A stretch of DNA of 62,595 nucleotides, the filler included, from Nemertoderma westbladi (lineage: Eukaryota > Animalia > Xenacoelomorpha): assembly GCA_032718475.1 (NCBI GenBank). It is 3 parts of 3 records of this genome, joined end to end, with 100 filler letters (N's around TTAATTAATTAA, not from the genome) between each part and the next. Parts side by side here need not be neighbours in the genome. Positions count along the whole stretch, not along the records: positions 27,459 to 48,564 come from JAUCBJ010006307.1; positions 48,665 to 62,595 come from JAUCBJ010001363.1; 1 more part is not named here. One strand, 5' to 3'. The translations under genes were made by a program, and so were the position numbers. Every line of letters begins with the position of its first letter. Position 1 is the first letter of the stretch. Below are positions 35,669-49,583 of this stretch, piece after piece. The notes beneath the pieces were generated by a model, which saw only the letters and a program-made list of their open reading frames with translations, was not told where the DNA came from and made no database searches.

Positions 35669-36199
35669 CTAAATAAAAAAAGTACAAAGAAACATTTTTA
35701 AAAAGGCTAAGTTATACAAACGAGCAATAGATATTATTCTAGAATGCCCACCTTAGACTGTCACACTATATTTACTCTAAATATTAACTCCACAAAGCAC
35801 ATCATAGTGAAAACCCCCTGTTTGAAAGAAAAGGCTTGATATAAAGGTTGTAATTCACTTGGTTGTATTTGATTTCAGTAAGACGATGTTGGACATGTGA
35901 GAAATGTACAACAGTGAATGTTAATAAGATGCGGATGTTGGCCCATGTTAAGTATCCCAGGTTTTCTGCTGGTATATTTCACTTTCAGTTTACCCCCCCC
36001 CCCCCCCCCCCCCCCCAGTGAAGAATGCAATGTTTTCACTAAAAACCAAAGTTGCAGGAGGGCTGAATCTAACCAAAACAATAAACGAATTAGTATCTGT
36101 ACTGATTATATATAAGATAGAAATGAGCACAAATAAACACTTTATAAAGAGAAATTAAAGTAAAGAGAAAAGTAAAAGTTCTTCACATGGGATATTATA

Positions 36200-36490
36200 T
36201 TGGTTTCAGTAGTCGGGGGTCTAATCTGTTAACGTGAAACACGAGAACAACCCGAAGGCTCCTCTCTCTTGGCAGTTACCTGTAAGGCAAGGCTGGCGCA
36301 CACTAACTCCCAAGGTCGAATACTCTCGCCTTCCAATCATTTTATTTACAAACCCATACATATACCAGAGAGATTCCCATTAATTAATTCCCCCTAGTTC
36401 CTTAGAGTTAACAGCTTAACAAAAACTGAGTTCCTTTTCTAGGATTGAACTCACGACCTCCAGGTTGTAAGACCGACGCTCTAACAACTA
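36200..36490 (-). mobile_element. tRNA-derived SINE-like element in the POLR1E intron
   Basis: The minus strand reads TAGTTGTTAGAGCGTCGGTCTTACAACCTGGAGGTCGTGAGTTCAATCC (A-box-like and B-box-like) followed by a non-tRNA body. The 3' boundary is uncertain. Confidence 0.5.
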
Positions 36491-37473
36491 ATAAATACAA
36501 CCTGAAACTTTTATCGAGGCTTGGCCTGCGGTTTGGAGTAGAAACAGTTCCACACCAATAATAATAAATACCCCTGAACCCTTGGGATCCATTGACTGCA
36601 ATCAGCAGGGACGCGTTTGTTAATAGACCTACTAATGAGCCAAAGTATAATGTAACTTCTTTTCATGTGTTTCATCAATTTAAATTGATATTTCCAAGTA
36701 AAAGATACAGCATGGATAAAGACTGACGGATCCAGCTACTCCATTCAAAAGGTTACACTGGCCGACATTTATATTTATAGATAAGTTGAAACGTTCGGAA
36801 AATATTTAGCTATGCTAAAGCATGCGATAATTAATTATCTACCGTAGTAAATGTTATATAATCAATAAAAACTGACAATAAAAAGAAAATAATAACGTCG
36901 CATCGTCCATATCGTCGTTTGTAACGCCTCTCTACGAAACGAACAGATATATTTATCATAAACATATTTACTAATTATATATTTATTGCCTAATTTGTTT
37001 AGAACAATTGGATTTCAATCTTAAACTTTTAATCAAAATTAAACTCCAGAAATTTATACAATGTTCCATTTCGTGTATATTTAATAGATTGTTAGATGAA
37101 TCTCAAATATTTATATTCACAGACCCTATTTATTTATTGTAGCGTAATAATATTATCATAATATTAATCATGTTTTATTTTATTTGAGAGAGGCGAGGCT
37201 CCTTCAATACGATCACAAAAATATTGTTGCGATGGTGTATCTAATGTTCGTTCATGTAAATTCATAATACAAAACTTGTTTTTGGAATCGGAGATAACGA
37301 CTGAACGAACAGGTTTCGGTTTTAAAGAATTTTGGTAAAGGAACAAGAGATAACTTAAATAGAGTTGCAGTTGGTGTGTGAAAAAAGAACAACCGAAAGT
37401 ATTTCTGAAAGGGGGCCCAATAATTATCGATAACATATTATTGTGTGATTATTGTAGATAAAGAGAACTGTAC

Positions 37474-38268
37474 CTCGTTGGCCTTCATGTTGTACAAACT
37501 AATGAGCGAGGATAAGTAGAGAAGATAGAATCCCTTTAGTTGGCGTTGTTTCGGAGGTAGATTGGTTGCGCGATGGGTAACCCATCGTGGGTGGGGGGTG
37601 TCGGGAAGCGCGAGCGAGTCTAGGAACCCGTCGACCCAACCCTGGAGCTCCTGGGAGTCCGGGGGAGGCGGTAGAACGTCCCGAGCGAGGTCGTAGATAT
37701 CGGCGGGAGTGACCGCGTTCCGGTTCGGCGGAGGGATCGCCGATGCCGACTCAGTCGACGACGACCGATCCAACGTAACTTCCGCCTTCAGTTTCGCAAC
37801 CGCGGATCTTAGCGATTCGTTCTCCAACGGAAGTCCCACATTATTCTCGATGGATCTCTTCGCTCGGGAACTCCCGAAAGCGAGAATCGTTTCTTCGCGT
37901 TGTTGTCTCGCCGATAGATTACTGAAGTCCCTGGAGGATCCGGGTTGTTTGTGACGAGTTCCACCCTCCACATCGTCTATCCCCTCCACTACCGGTCGCA
38001 CGCGAATCCGTTCAAATGGAATCACGTCCGTCACTAACCTACTCTCCTTGTCTACCTCCACTAACGCGTACTTCCAGGGTGGTTCTGCAGGGCGACGCAG
38101 GGTATCTCCGGTGTAGGTGACCTTGGAGGCACCCGCCTCAGGTTTGCGTTTAGGAATGCCCGTTATCTTTATCCGATGAGGGTTTGCGCTTACTTCCCGA
38201 CGCCACTCCACGTCCGGCTCAAAGGCTCGCTGAGCTAATGAGCAGACTTGAATGATATTCGACATCAT
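37474..38268 (-). CDS. POLR1E: RNA polymerase I subunit RPA49/PAF53, first coding exon
   Basis: KVTYTG...KYALVEVDKES, REETILAFGSSRAKRSI, IPPPNRNAVTPADIYDL, LLYLSSLI. Donor GAG|GTACAG at 37473, phase 0, compatible with the exon at 35668. The start ATG is uncertain (38265, 38268 or 38277). Confidence 0.8.
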
Positions 38269-39114
38269 ATATATCATATATCATATATAACTTGTATAGT
38301 ATAAGCTATCGCTATCTGCCAGTCTGCCCTGCCCCTACTTCACTGCTACCGGCTGACCGGTAATACCTAAAAACAGATTAGTCAGCCAGTCAGCACTGTC
38401 AGACTGTCAGACTGTATGCACTGCATGTATGCTAGTGTGCTAGAGTAGGGAATGTAGCAATGTAGGTCTAACTAAATCCATCAATCATCCGTAAATTGCT
38501 TCAGTCTGGCTTTAGTGTTTAGATTTCAGGATTTAGATCCCAGATCCCACTGCTCTCTGTTCTGGCGCAGCTGCAGCATGGAAATGAACCTAGGCCTCCA
38601 GATCTACCATTTTCCAAACTTTATTTGCCAACAACTGAACAAGACAATTAATACGGTCCAGCAGCAAGGCCTACAAAAAAACTGCTACTTCTACTTCTAG
38701 TAGGTCTTGTCCAGCAGTCGTACCGGTACCGCGTACCGGTACTTACTGTAATAATGAAATAGGTAGTAAGGCAGATAGGCCTAAATATTGTAAAACACTG
38801 AATGAGCACAAACCGGGCGAACAATTTGAATTTCCCTCCTCCTCCTCTTATCGTCGTAATATCTGTAACATGATTCAACAACGCCGGGTGCTATGTGACC
38901 AGCTGACAGCAACGACCGATAAGTGTTATTCTAATGCTATTCTAACCGAAACAATAATCGGTAGGCCTAGTCAAGTGTGGTTGGCGACGGTGGATGTGTT
39001 TCTAACCAAAGCAATAAACTAAAAGGAACATGTTACAGCATGGGTGTGGGGGCACTGCACTGTGTAAATACGGTATACCATATGAAATAAAATAGCGACC
39101 TAGAGTAGCCACTC

Positions 39115-40573
39115 TACTACTACTAGGTCGAGCGAACTCAGACAGTGGAAATGAGACCCTTCCAGGCTTCCCGATTCTCCATAGTTTTCGCAATTTCGTT
39201 TCTCCCAAGTTCAGTATCCCTTAAAAAGCCGAAATCTTGGCCGAAATCTAAACCAGTCGCCGAGAATCTAAACCAGTCGCCGAGAATCTGAACCAGTCGC
39301 CGACATTTTCATATTTTTGAAGCCCACGGCGCCCCATAGCAGTGTCCACTGAATCTTAATCTGCGTTCACGGAGGGTGGTTGATACAGGCGGTATTGTAC
39401 CATAAAGCTCGGCGTTTGTCATGTGTTGTCTCCAGCTGATGTTTAGGGCTGCCCTTAGTAGTCTTCCATCAATTCGTGGTCCAAGTGATTTAGTCAGTGT
39501 CCAGGTCTCACCCCCGTATAAAAATACACTTTCCACTGTGGCTCGAAAGAACTTAGTCTTCGGGTGCCTGGAGAGATCTGATTTCCAGATAGTATCCATT
39601 TTTGATAGAGCTACCCAAGCCTTTGCTTTCCTAACTTGATCCAAGGTACTGGAAGTCGTCGACCTTCCTTAGTTGATTATTATCAATGGTTGTCAAGTTT
39701 CCATCAACATTAAAGGTCATGAATTCGGTCTTTGTAGAATTTATATGCAATCCAACCTCCTTAGCAGCCCTCTCCACTTTATTTAGTAGTAGAAGCTGTG
39801 CATCTGCTAGCGTATTAGAGAGCAGGGCGATGTCATCCGCAAAGTCGGTGTCTGTGACTGTAGTTGCCGGATATCTACTACTTCTGCGTTCTTGAAGTGT
39901 GAATCCCAGATCTTCACCCTTTGTGGCCTTCCTCATTGCGTAATCCAGCACAATTACAAATAGTAATGGTGCTAATGTGTCACCTTGCAGTACGCCAGCC
40001 AGGATTGAGAAAAACTCAGTTTCACCATCTGGTAAGAGTACCTGCGCTTGTGTCAGAATATAACAATCCAATGCCAGCAACAATTACTTCTGGTATTCCA
40101 TAAGCTCTTAGGATTTCAAGCATTTTGCCTCTATGGATTGAGTCGAATGCCTTTTTGAAGTCCACAAAAGTCATGACTGCAGGGAGATTCTTTGACTTAA
40201 TTCCTTCAATCAGTCTCCGTAGTGCAAGTATCTGAGCTATTGTTGATCTACTTGGTCGAAATCCGTTTTGGCTCTTACGCAGTAGTTTCTCTATGTGAGG
40301 CCTAATCCTATATAGAATCATTTTATTGTATATTTTGGCAGCTACCACAAGCAGACAGATCCCACGATAGTTTGTTGGTATGCCGAGGTCTCCTTTCTTG
40401 GGGAGAGGCTTTAGTTGACCTTTAGTCCAAATTGGTGGTGGCTTTTCCCCTTTTAACATCCGGTTGCAAACATTCAATAATGGTCTGTTTAGCACTCCTG
40501 TTTTACATACCTCCGCTAGGATTTCATCTAATCCACTCGCTTTATTATTGGACATGCACTGCATTATTGGACA
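39115..40573 (-). mobile_element. 5'-truncated RTE-clade LINE, frameshifted
   Basis: PLPKKGDL..NYRGI, QNGFR, FVDFKKAFDSI, GVLQGDTLAP, DFADDIAL, FQYLGS, RLRFSGH. (TAG)n tail at 39115-39125. Flanked by a 65/66-bp direct repeat. Confidence 0.9.
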
Positions 40574-40919
40574 GGGCACTGCACTGTGTAAATACGGTAT
40601 ACTATATGAAATATAATAGCGACCTAGAGTTAGCCACTCACCTGCTGTTTAATAACTTAAATTTATAACCCGAAAAAATAAAAGAAATACATGAGTCACA
40701 ATAATCTCCCATGAATACTTAATAACTCATTAATAATAAATTAGAATTCTGGCAAAGGAATCTTCTCAGATAACATAAAAGGTAAATGTTTAGGTTGAGT
40801 AGCACTGCGGGTAATAGTGGCCGAAGAACTCTCCACCAGTGAGACTATATTGGATGTGTGGGAGTGGAAGGCGCGTAGCTATTAATGAGAATTAGTAGAG
40901 ATTACAGTAGTTTGTGTGT

Positions 40920-42546
40920 GATGACACGTGTGTGAAATGTTTGTGACATATGTGTGACATCTGTGTGACACGTGTGTGACATATGTGTGACATCTGTGTA
41001 ACACGTGTGTGACATGTGGGTGACATGTGGGTGACACGTGTGTGACATGTGGGTGACACGTGTGTGACATGTGGGTGACATCTGTGTGACACTTGTGGGA
41101 CCACATGTGTGACAGGTGGTTGACACATGTGTAACACGTGTGCGACACGTATGTGACAGGTATTTGACACATGTGTAACACGAGTGCGACACGTATGTGA
41201 CAGGTAGTTGACAAATGTGTGACACGTGTGCGATAAGTATGTGACGGTTAGGTGACACGTGTGTGACTCGTGTGTGACACGTGTGCGACACGTATGTGAC
41301 AGGTAGTTGACACATGTGTGACACGTGTGGGATAAGTATGTGAAGGGTAGGTGACACGTGTGTGACACGTGTGTGACTCGTGTGTGACACGTGTGTGACT
41401 CGTGTGTGACACGTGTGTGACTCGTGTGTGACACGTGTGCGACACGTATGTGACGGGTAAGTGACACGTGTGTGACACATGTGTGAGACGTGTGTGACAT
41501 GAGGGTGGCATGTGTGTGACATGTGGGTGACACGTGTGTGACATGTGGGTGACACGTGTGTGACATGTGGGTGACATCTGTGTGACACTTGTGTGAAACT
41601 TGTGGGACCACATGTGTGACTCGTGTGCGACACGTATGTGACAGGTAGTTGACACATGTGTAACACGTGTGCGACACGTATGTGACAGGTATTTGACACA
41701 TGTGTAACACGAGTGCGACACGTATGTGACAGGTAGTTGACAAATGTGTGACACGTGTGGGATAAGTATGTGACGGGTAGGTTACACGTGTGTGACACGT
41801 GTGTGACTCGTGTGTGACACGTGTGTGACTCGTGTGTGACACGTGTGTGACTCGTGTGTGACACGTGTGCGACACGTATGTGACGGTTAGGTGACACGTG
41901 TGTGACACGTGTGTGACTCGTGTGTGACACGTGTGCGACACGTATGTGACAGGTAGTTGACACATGTGTGACACGTGTGGGATAAGTATGTGACGGGTAG
42001 GTTACACGTGTGTGACACGTGTGTGACTCGTGTGTGACACGTATGTGACAGGTAGTTGACACATGTGTGACACGTGTGCGACACGTATGTGACGGTTAGG
42101 AGACACGTGTGTGACACGTGTGTGACTCGTGTGTGACACGTGTGCGACACGTATGTGACGGGTAGGTGACACGTGTGTGACACATGTGTGACACATGTGT
42201 GAGACGTGTGTGACTCGTGTGTGACACGTGTGCGACACGTGTGCGACGGGTAGGTGACACGTGTGTGACACGTGTGTGACACGTGTGTGACTCGTGTGTG
42301 ACACGTGTGTGACTCGTGTGTGACACGTGTGTGACTCGTGTGTGACACGTATGTGACAGGTAGTTGACACATGTGTGACACGTGTGCGACACGTGTGTGA
42401 CGGTTAGGTGACACGTGTGTGACACGTGTGTAACTCGTGTGTGACACGTGTGCGACACGTATGTGACGGGTAGGTGACACGTGTGTGACACATGTGTGAC
42501 ACATGTGTGAGACGTGTGTGACACATGTGTGACTCGTGTTTGACAT
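40920..42546. repeat. 11-bp-based satellite GACACGTGTGT with variants
   Basis: Tandem GACACGTGTGT/GACTCGTGTGT/GACACATGTGT units with recurring higher-order blocks. Confidence 0.93.
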
Positions 42547-44040
42547 CATTTCGTATGTAACTCAATCACCGTAACCGGCAGTGAATAGCAAAAGGAAATC
42601 GATTTATTATAATTTAATCGTCAGAATATAAATTCGCTAAATAAATACAAAAAGACTAAAGACGTTTACAATAAATGGCATATTTACAATAAAAGTACTA
42701 AAAATAATATTAACAAAACGCCATAAGTTCTCTTAAGTAACAAAATGTCGTACTAACTGATATTGTATAGCTAATAAACTGGTCCAAAAATATATCAGGA
42801 TGTCACGCATTTATTGTCAGAACAATCCGCGATTATAATATTTACTTGTGAGTCTATAGAGGGCATTAGGGGCGAGCCACACGACGTGTACATCTGTAAA
42901 CTGAGTGTCAATAAACACCTACAAAAAATATTCAAAATCACAAATAATAGAAAATTAAAAATAATAATAAGACATTACCGTCAGAGTGTTTCATATTAAT
43001 TAAAATTAAAATAATCCTGGAATTATTTAAGTGAAAGAAATAAAATGTAATATTAATAAAAAAAATAATAGCAATAATATCTATACGATGTGTTAGCAAG
43101 TTATAGTGGAATATTCAATATAAGTTAATCATAAAGGAATTCAACCAAATACCGATGTGTCAAAATAACGGGAGACCTCTAAATAATTAACCCGAGAATA
43201 CTCAATACAGTGCGGCAAGAAGTGCAAACAATCACAACATTTACCAACTAAAAATAAATTCAAATAAATATACAAATATTTACAATTAATTTTATAGTTA
43301 GTAAAAACTTTAAGTACTTATTATTATTAGCACCAACTAAAACTAAAAAATACGGCTACAAAAATGTTATGGAATGTGGGAATATTATTATAGAGAACCA
43401 GATAGCTAAAACGGGAGTGTAAGTAGATAGAAAGCGATCTGAGTGCGGGATATAGTTGTTTAATCTCCACTGGAATGGAATGACTTGGTGGGTTGAACAT
43501 CGACCTTCAGGTACCGAGAATTCGTAAAGTTTATAGCTGGACTGTTAAACGATTCTAACTGTAGATCCGGCCAAATTACAGAATAACATCTGTATAAAGT
43601 TACACTGGTAATAACCATCCTATGGTTGAGACATGGTAGAAGCCTGACCTACGTCGTCATGGGATGATATCTTTATCGAAACGCCAAATCCAATGTTATA
43701 TAATAACATAGTAGAGTCAATAGGGGACTATATATGTTCGGGTAACCTCTGTGAACGTTTACTTAGGTAAGGCGACACCACTGATTTAAACTTCCCTCCA
43801 CCGGAAGTGGACCACGAGTCTCGATTGTTGTCTAGCAACGCCGTCCTGTAAAATAAATATTACATTATGAGTATTTAGTAGCAATGAACCATTATTACCT
43901 TAGTAAACAAGTCTAAATGATCTTTATTTGTGTGTGTTTCTATAATTTAGTAATCCAGTTCCATTTAATTCCACTATTTGAAATCCAGATAATCCGATAA
44001 AACAATAATTTTGGTACAGTTTATATCTAATTGTATTATA

Positions 44041-46704
44041 CTGGCCACCCTAATAAATATCCCACCTGGCCACCCTAATAAATATCCCACCTGGCCACCC
44101 TAATAAATATCCCACCTGGCCATCCTAATAAATATCCCACCTGGCCACCCTAATAAATATCCCACCTGGCCACCCTAATAAATATCCCACCTGGCCACCC
44201 TAATAAATATCCCACCTGGCCAACCTAATAAATATCCCACCTGGCCACCCTAATAAATATCCCACCTAGCCACCCTAATAAATATCCCACCTGGCCGCCC
44301 TAATAAATATCCCACCTGGCCGCCCTAATAAATATCCCACCTGGCCACCCTAATAAATATCCCACCTGGCCACCCTAATAAATATCCCACCTGGCCACCC
44401 TAATAAATATCCCACCTGGCCGCCCTAATAAATATCCCACCTGGCCACCCTAATAAATATCCCACCTGGCCACCCTAATAAATATCCCACCTGGCCACCC
44501 TAATAAATATCCCACCTGGCCAACCTAATAAATATCCCACCTGGCCACCCTAATAAATATCCCACCTGGCCACCCTAATAAATATCCCACCTGGCCACCC
44601 TAATAAATATCCCACCTGGCCACCCTAATAAATATCCCACCTGGCCACCCTAATAAATATCCCACCTGGCCGCCCTAATAAATATCCCACCTGGCCACCC
44701 TAATAAATATCCCACCTGGCCACCCTAATAAATATCCCACCTGGCCACCCTAATAAATATCCCACCTGGCCTGGCCACCCTAATAAATATCCCACCTGGC
44801 CACCCTAATAAATATCCCACCTGGCCACCCTAATAAATATCCCACCTGGCCACCCTAATAAATATCCCACCTGGCCGCCCTAATAAATATCCCACCTGGC
44901 CATCCTAATAAATATCCCACCTGGCCACCCTAATAAATATCCCACCTGCCTGGCCACCCTAATAAATATCCCACCTGGCCACCCTAATAAATATCCCACC
45001 TGGCCACCCTAATAAATATCCCACCTGGCCTGGCCACCCTAATAAATATCCCACCTGGCCACCCTAATAAATATCCCACCTGGCCACCCTAATAAATATC
45101 CCACCTGGCCACCCTAATAAATATCCCACCTGGCCACCCTAATAAATATCCCACCTGGCCACCCTAATAAATATCCCACCTGGCCTGGCCACCCTAATAA
45201 ATATCCCACCTGGCCACCCTAATAAATATCCCACCTGGCCACCCTAATAAATATCCCACCTGGCCTGGCCACCCTAATAAATATCCCACCTGGCCACCCT
45301 AATAAATATCCCACCTGGCCACCCTAATAAATATCCCACCTGGCCATCCTAATAAATATCCCACCTGGCCACCCTAATAAATATCCCACCTGGCCTGGCC
45401 ACCCTAATAAATATCCCACCTGGCCACCCTAATAAATATCCCACCTGGCCACCCTAATAAATATCCCACCTGGCCACCCTAATAAATATCCCACCTGGCC
45501 AACCTAATAAATATCCCACCTGGCCAACCTAATAAATATCCCACCTGGCCGCCCTAATACATATCCCACCTGGCCGCCCTAATAAATATCCCACCTGGCC
45601 ACCCTAATAAATATCCCACCTGGCCACCCTAATAAATATCCCACCTGGCCACCCTAATAAATATCCCACCTGGCCAACCTAATAAATATCCCACCTGGCC
45701 AACCTAATAAATATCCCACCTGGCCAACGCCACCCTAATAAATATCCCACCTGGCCATCCTAATAAATATCCCACCTGGCCGCCCTAATAAATATCCCAC
45801 CTGGCCATCCTAATAAATATCCCACCTGGCCATCCTAATAAATATCCCACCTGGCCAACCTAATAAATATCCCACCTGGCCGCCCTAATACATATCCCAC
45901 CTGGCCGCCCTAATAAATATCCCACCTGGCCACCCTAATAAATATCCCACCTGGCCATCCTAATAAATATCCCACCTGGCCACCCTAATAAATATCCCAC
46001 CTGGCCACCCTAATAAATATCCCACCTGGCCAACGCCACCCTAATAAATATCCCACCTGGCCACCCTAATAAATATCCCACCTGGCCATCCTAATAAATA
46101 TCCCACCTGGCCACCCTAATAAATATCCCACCTGGCCGCCCTAATAAATATCCCACCTGGCCACCCTAATAAATATCCCACCTGGCCGCCCTAATAAATA
46201 TCCCGCCTGGCCACCCTAATAAATATCCCACCTGGCCACCCTAATAAATATCCCACCTGGCCACCCTAATAAATATCCCACCTGGCCGCCCTAATAAATA
46301 TCCCACCTGGCCACCCTAATAAATATCCCACCTGGCCACCCTAATAAATATCCCACCTGGCCACCCTAATAAATATCCCACCTGGCCTGGCCACCCTAAT
46401 AAATATCCCACCTGGCTGCCCTAATAAATATCCCACCTGGCCAACGCCACCCTAATAAATATCCCACCTGGCCACCACCCTAATAAATATCCCACCTGGC
46501 CACCCTAATAAATATCCCACCTGGCCACCCTAATAAATATCCCACCTGGCCACCCTAATAAATATCCCACCTGGCCACCATAATAAATATCCCACCTGGC
46601 CACCCTAATAAATATCCCACCTGGCCGCCCTAATAAATATCCCACCTGCCCACCCTAATAAATATCCCACCTGGCCGCCCTAATAAATATCCCACCTGGC
46701 CATC
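44041..46704. repeat. 25-bp satellite CTGGCCACCCTAATAAATATCCCAC, about 105 copies
   Basis: Direct tandem array. Confidence 0.97.
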
Positions 46705-47247
46705 CTGGCTGTCGTTATAGACTTCCTGCCATTGGCTGAGCCAATTCTTTGCGCCACTGGTGGCCGTCGCTCAACTTGACCAATCACGGGAGCTCCCGGA
46801 TTCATTGTGTACATTTGTTGCCCGGTTACATTTTCTTGAACCTAAAACAATGGGAAGGATAATAATTTATTGTAAGTTGCATTGCAACCTGCGGTACCGG
46901 CGAGTTGTGGGGCGGTGGCCTTCGCGTGCACCAAGTCTGTGATCATTCTCGGGCCTACAGTTATTGGTACGGTCCTAGTACTGTAGGTATTGTCAAAATT
47001 GGAAAACTCTCTAACACCTTTATAGTGATTTTCCTATATAAAAAAATTATCTGTAATTTTAAAACATTATACTTTTCGTTTACTACACTCGTAGAGCCAG
47101 ACGAACCACCGACAGGCAGACAATGCCGGTTAGCCACGTACTAAACCGCATGTTAGAGGCTAACAGACCTCGTTGCTCGCCCCACATACTTATTCTACAA
47201 TACCTCGAAATAAACAATAATATGTACCGAAATCGGAACCTACTCCA

Positions 47248-47680
47248 CTAACCTGAGCCAACTTGGCTTCCATTTACTAACCTGAGCCAACTTGGCTTCC
47301 ATTTACTAACCTGAGCCAACTTGGCTTCCATTTACTAACCTGAGCCAACTTGGCTTCCATTTACTAACCTGAGCCAACTTGGCTTCCATTTACTAACCTG
47401 AGCCAACTTGGCTTCCATTTACTAACCTGAGCCAACTTGGCTTCCATTTACTAACCTGAGCCAACTTGGCTTCCATTTACTAACCTGAGCCAACTTGGCT
47501 TCCATTTACTAACCTGAGCCAACTTGGCTTCCATTTACTAACCTGAGCCAACTTGGCTTCCATTTACTAACCTGAGCCAACTTGGCTTCCATTTACTAAC
47601 CTGAGCCAACTTGGCTTCCATTTACTAACCTGAGCCAACTTGGCTTCCATTTACTAACCTGAGCCAACTTGGCTTCCATT
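47248..47680. repeat. 29-bp minisatellite ACTAACCTGAGCCAACTTGGCTTCCATTT, about 15 identical copies
   Basis: Perfect tandem array containing the internal palindrome AGCCAA-C-TTGGCT. Confidence 0.95.
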
Positions 47681-47944
47681 TTTGCACGAGAGTCGAGTAA
47701 CATTTCGGAGGAATGATTGATCGTCTGGGTCCCGATGTAAGGTCGCGTTGGTCTACTGTTACTACGCGACCTAGATGGGCGGGAACCGTGTCCCGGTAAA
47801 TTCATCGCCTTCACACCTAAAACCGAAAACAAAAAATAATTTATATAACGAAATCATTCAACAAAGAAACCGTGTCAAAATTACCTGATACAATTCATAA
47901 TATGCTGGTGAACATAAATACTACATGTTTGGAACGGGGCAGTT

Positions 47945-48225
47945 CAATTTGTAACTAGGTGCTCAGATTTGTAACCATTTCTAACAAATCATAAGCAGGG
48001 ATATCCAGTGCTCATATTTGTAACCAAACATCCTGCTTTGTAACGAGGGATAGAAATGTGTAACCTCGTACTCAAATTCGTAACTGGGAACGCCAAAACC
48101 CGGCGCTCAGATTTGTAACCGGGAACTCCAATTTGTTACAAGACTCTCAGATTTGTAACTAGAAACTCAGATTTGTAACTAAAACTCAGATTTGTAACCA
48201 GGAACTCAGATGTTTTGTAACCGCT
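47945..48225. repeat. Clustered CTCAGATTTGTAAC motifs, resembling transposon subterminal repeats
   Basis: About 10 imperfect copies with variable spacing. Confidence 0.6.
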
Positions 48226-48564
48226 ACCAGTTGACTGTTTTTTATTAAATATAAGCTTATCGGGCCATCTAGAGGCCCGTCACTAGTTATATTTGAATGA
48301 TTTCAAAAAAAAACTTGGGAAATCATATCAATTAATGATATGCAGAATATGTTTAATAAACAGATTTCATATTTAGTGGATTATAAAATGAAGGGTTATT
48401 ATATATAAAGTTGTTGTTACTAATTGTTATATTGTACTTTGATAATTTAAAATAATGATAATTATTGCTCAGACAGCCAAGGGAAAGGAATGTTGGTTCA
48501 ACATAAATGTTCAGACGGGGAAAGAAGATAAACACACAGGTTTCATCATCGCAATAATAAAGTA

Positions 48565-48664
48565 NNNNNNNNNNNNNNNNNNNNNNNNNNNNNNNNNNNN
48601 NNNNNNNNTTAATTAATTAANNNNNNNNNNNNNNNNNNNNNNNNNNNNNNNNNNNNNNNNNNNN
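48565..48664. other. Assembly gap/contig joiner
   Basis: 44 N + TTAATTAATTAA + 44 N. Confidence 0.98.
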
Positions 48665-48779
48665 CATACACGTCGTCCAGGAATATAGGAGTTTCTTCAT
48701 TCAGGTCCCACAAATTTTATCTCAATTAGATTTTTTAAATTATGAGATTTTGACATTCCTCTTGAGGATAGGGGTACTA

Positions 48780-49002
48780 AATTTCTGGATGGCACATTCA
48801 CAAGAATGCTACGCCGGGTTCATTGTGTCAAGTACAATGCACACATCTCCAACCAGACACTATATAACATTTGGAGGTGTCTCATTGGTTCCCCCAAGCT
48901 CGGCACTAGAACAAAATCGCCTCCGCTTTGCAGGACATTGATTTCGCCGTGAGGACCAGCCAGTGCATAATCTTGTACTTTAGCAGCCCCATGGAGTGAA
49001 TA
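48780..49002 (+). mobile_element. RTE LINE fragment of the same family as 20749-22599
   Basis: Near-identical to 22195-22412 (CTGGATGGCACATTCACAAGAATGCTACGCCGGG...CATGGAGTGAAT). Confidence 0.85.
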
Positions 49003-49583
49003 TCGCGAAAGTCATGGTGGATAGACATAACATTCTTAGTGCGGCTATAAGGATTTCTAATTCATGTAGAAATATATTATTGGGGAACATGAAGGATGTT
49101 TGTATTGTTCAGGGACCTGAATTATGACACAATATTCCCGGACACTGTATATGTAGCTTTGAATACTAGATAGACAGATAACATTAATTAGCGACTTCGT
49201 TTCCATGGAATATAATGGATAACTTTTAACATTCAAGTGCTGCAATACGGCGTTATCAGACGATACGCAATTATAGGATAATCTTCCTATAAAATTATAT
49301 TAGGTTTGGTGGATGGCGGAATTAAAAGTGTAAATTGGTGAAAAACGGAGCGACAGAAGAGTTTTTTTTAACTTCAATGGAAACGAGGCCGGTGACACAC
49401 ATAAAACTCAGCTTAAAACACAACAAATAATGGTGAATAGTAAATAATAAAATCCATCTGAAACTAAATCAATAAACCCTTGGTTGAGATATTCCATTTG
49501 TATATCAACATATATATGAGTTAATTAAATATAAATTCAAACTTCCAAATAAATAATAAATTATTCAGTTAGATTTGAGTGAA

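Noticed and set aside
36440-36490. Possible tRNA-Val(TAC) on the minus strand
   Set aside because: The 5' acceptor strand is missing and the anticodon stem pairs poorly. More likely a SINE head.
40882-42549. His/Thr/Cys-rich ORFs up to 386 aa
   Set aside because: The 11-bp satellite is open in several frames, and no domain is present.
43380-43850. GC-richer stretch with a splice-acceptor-like TTTTACAG on the minus strand
   Set aside because: The frames I read are short or stop-interrupted and have no recognisable motif, so I cannot support a gene call.
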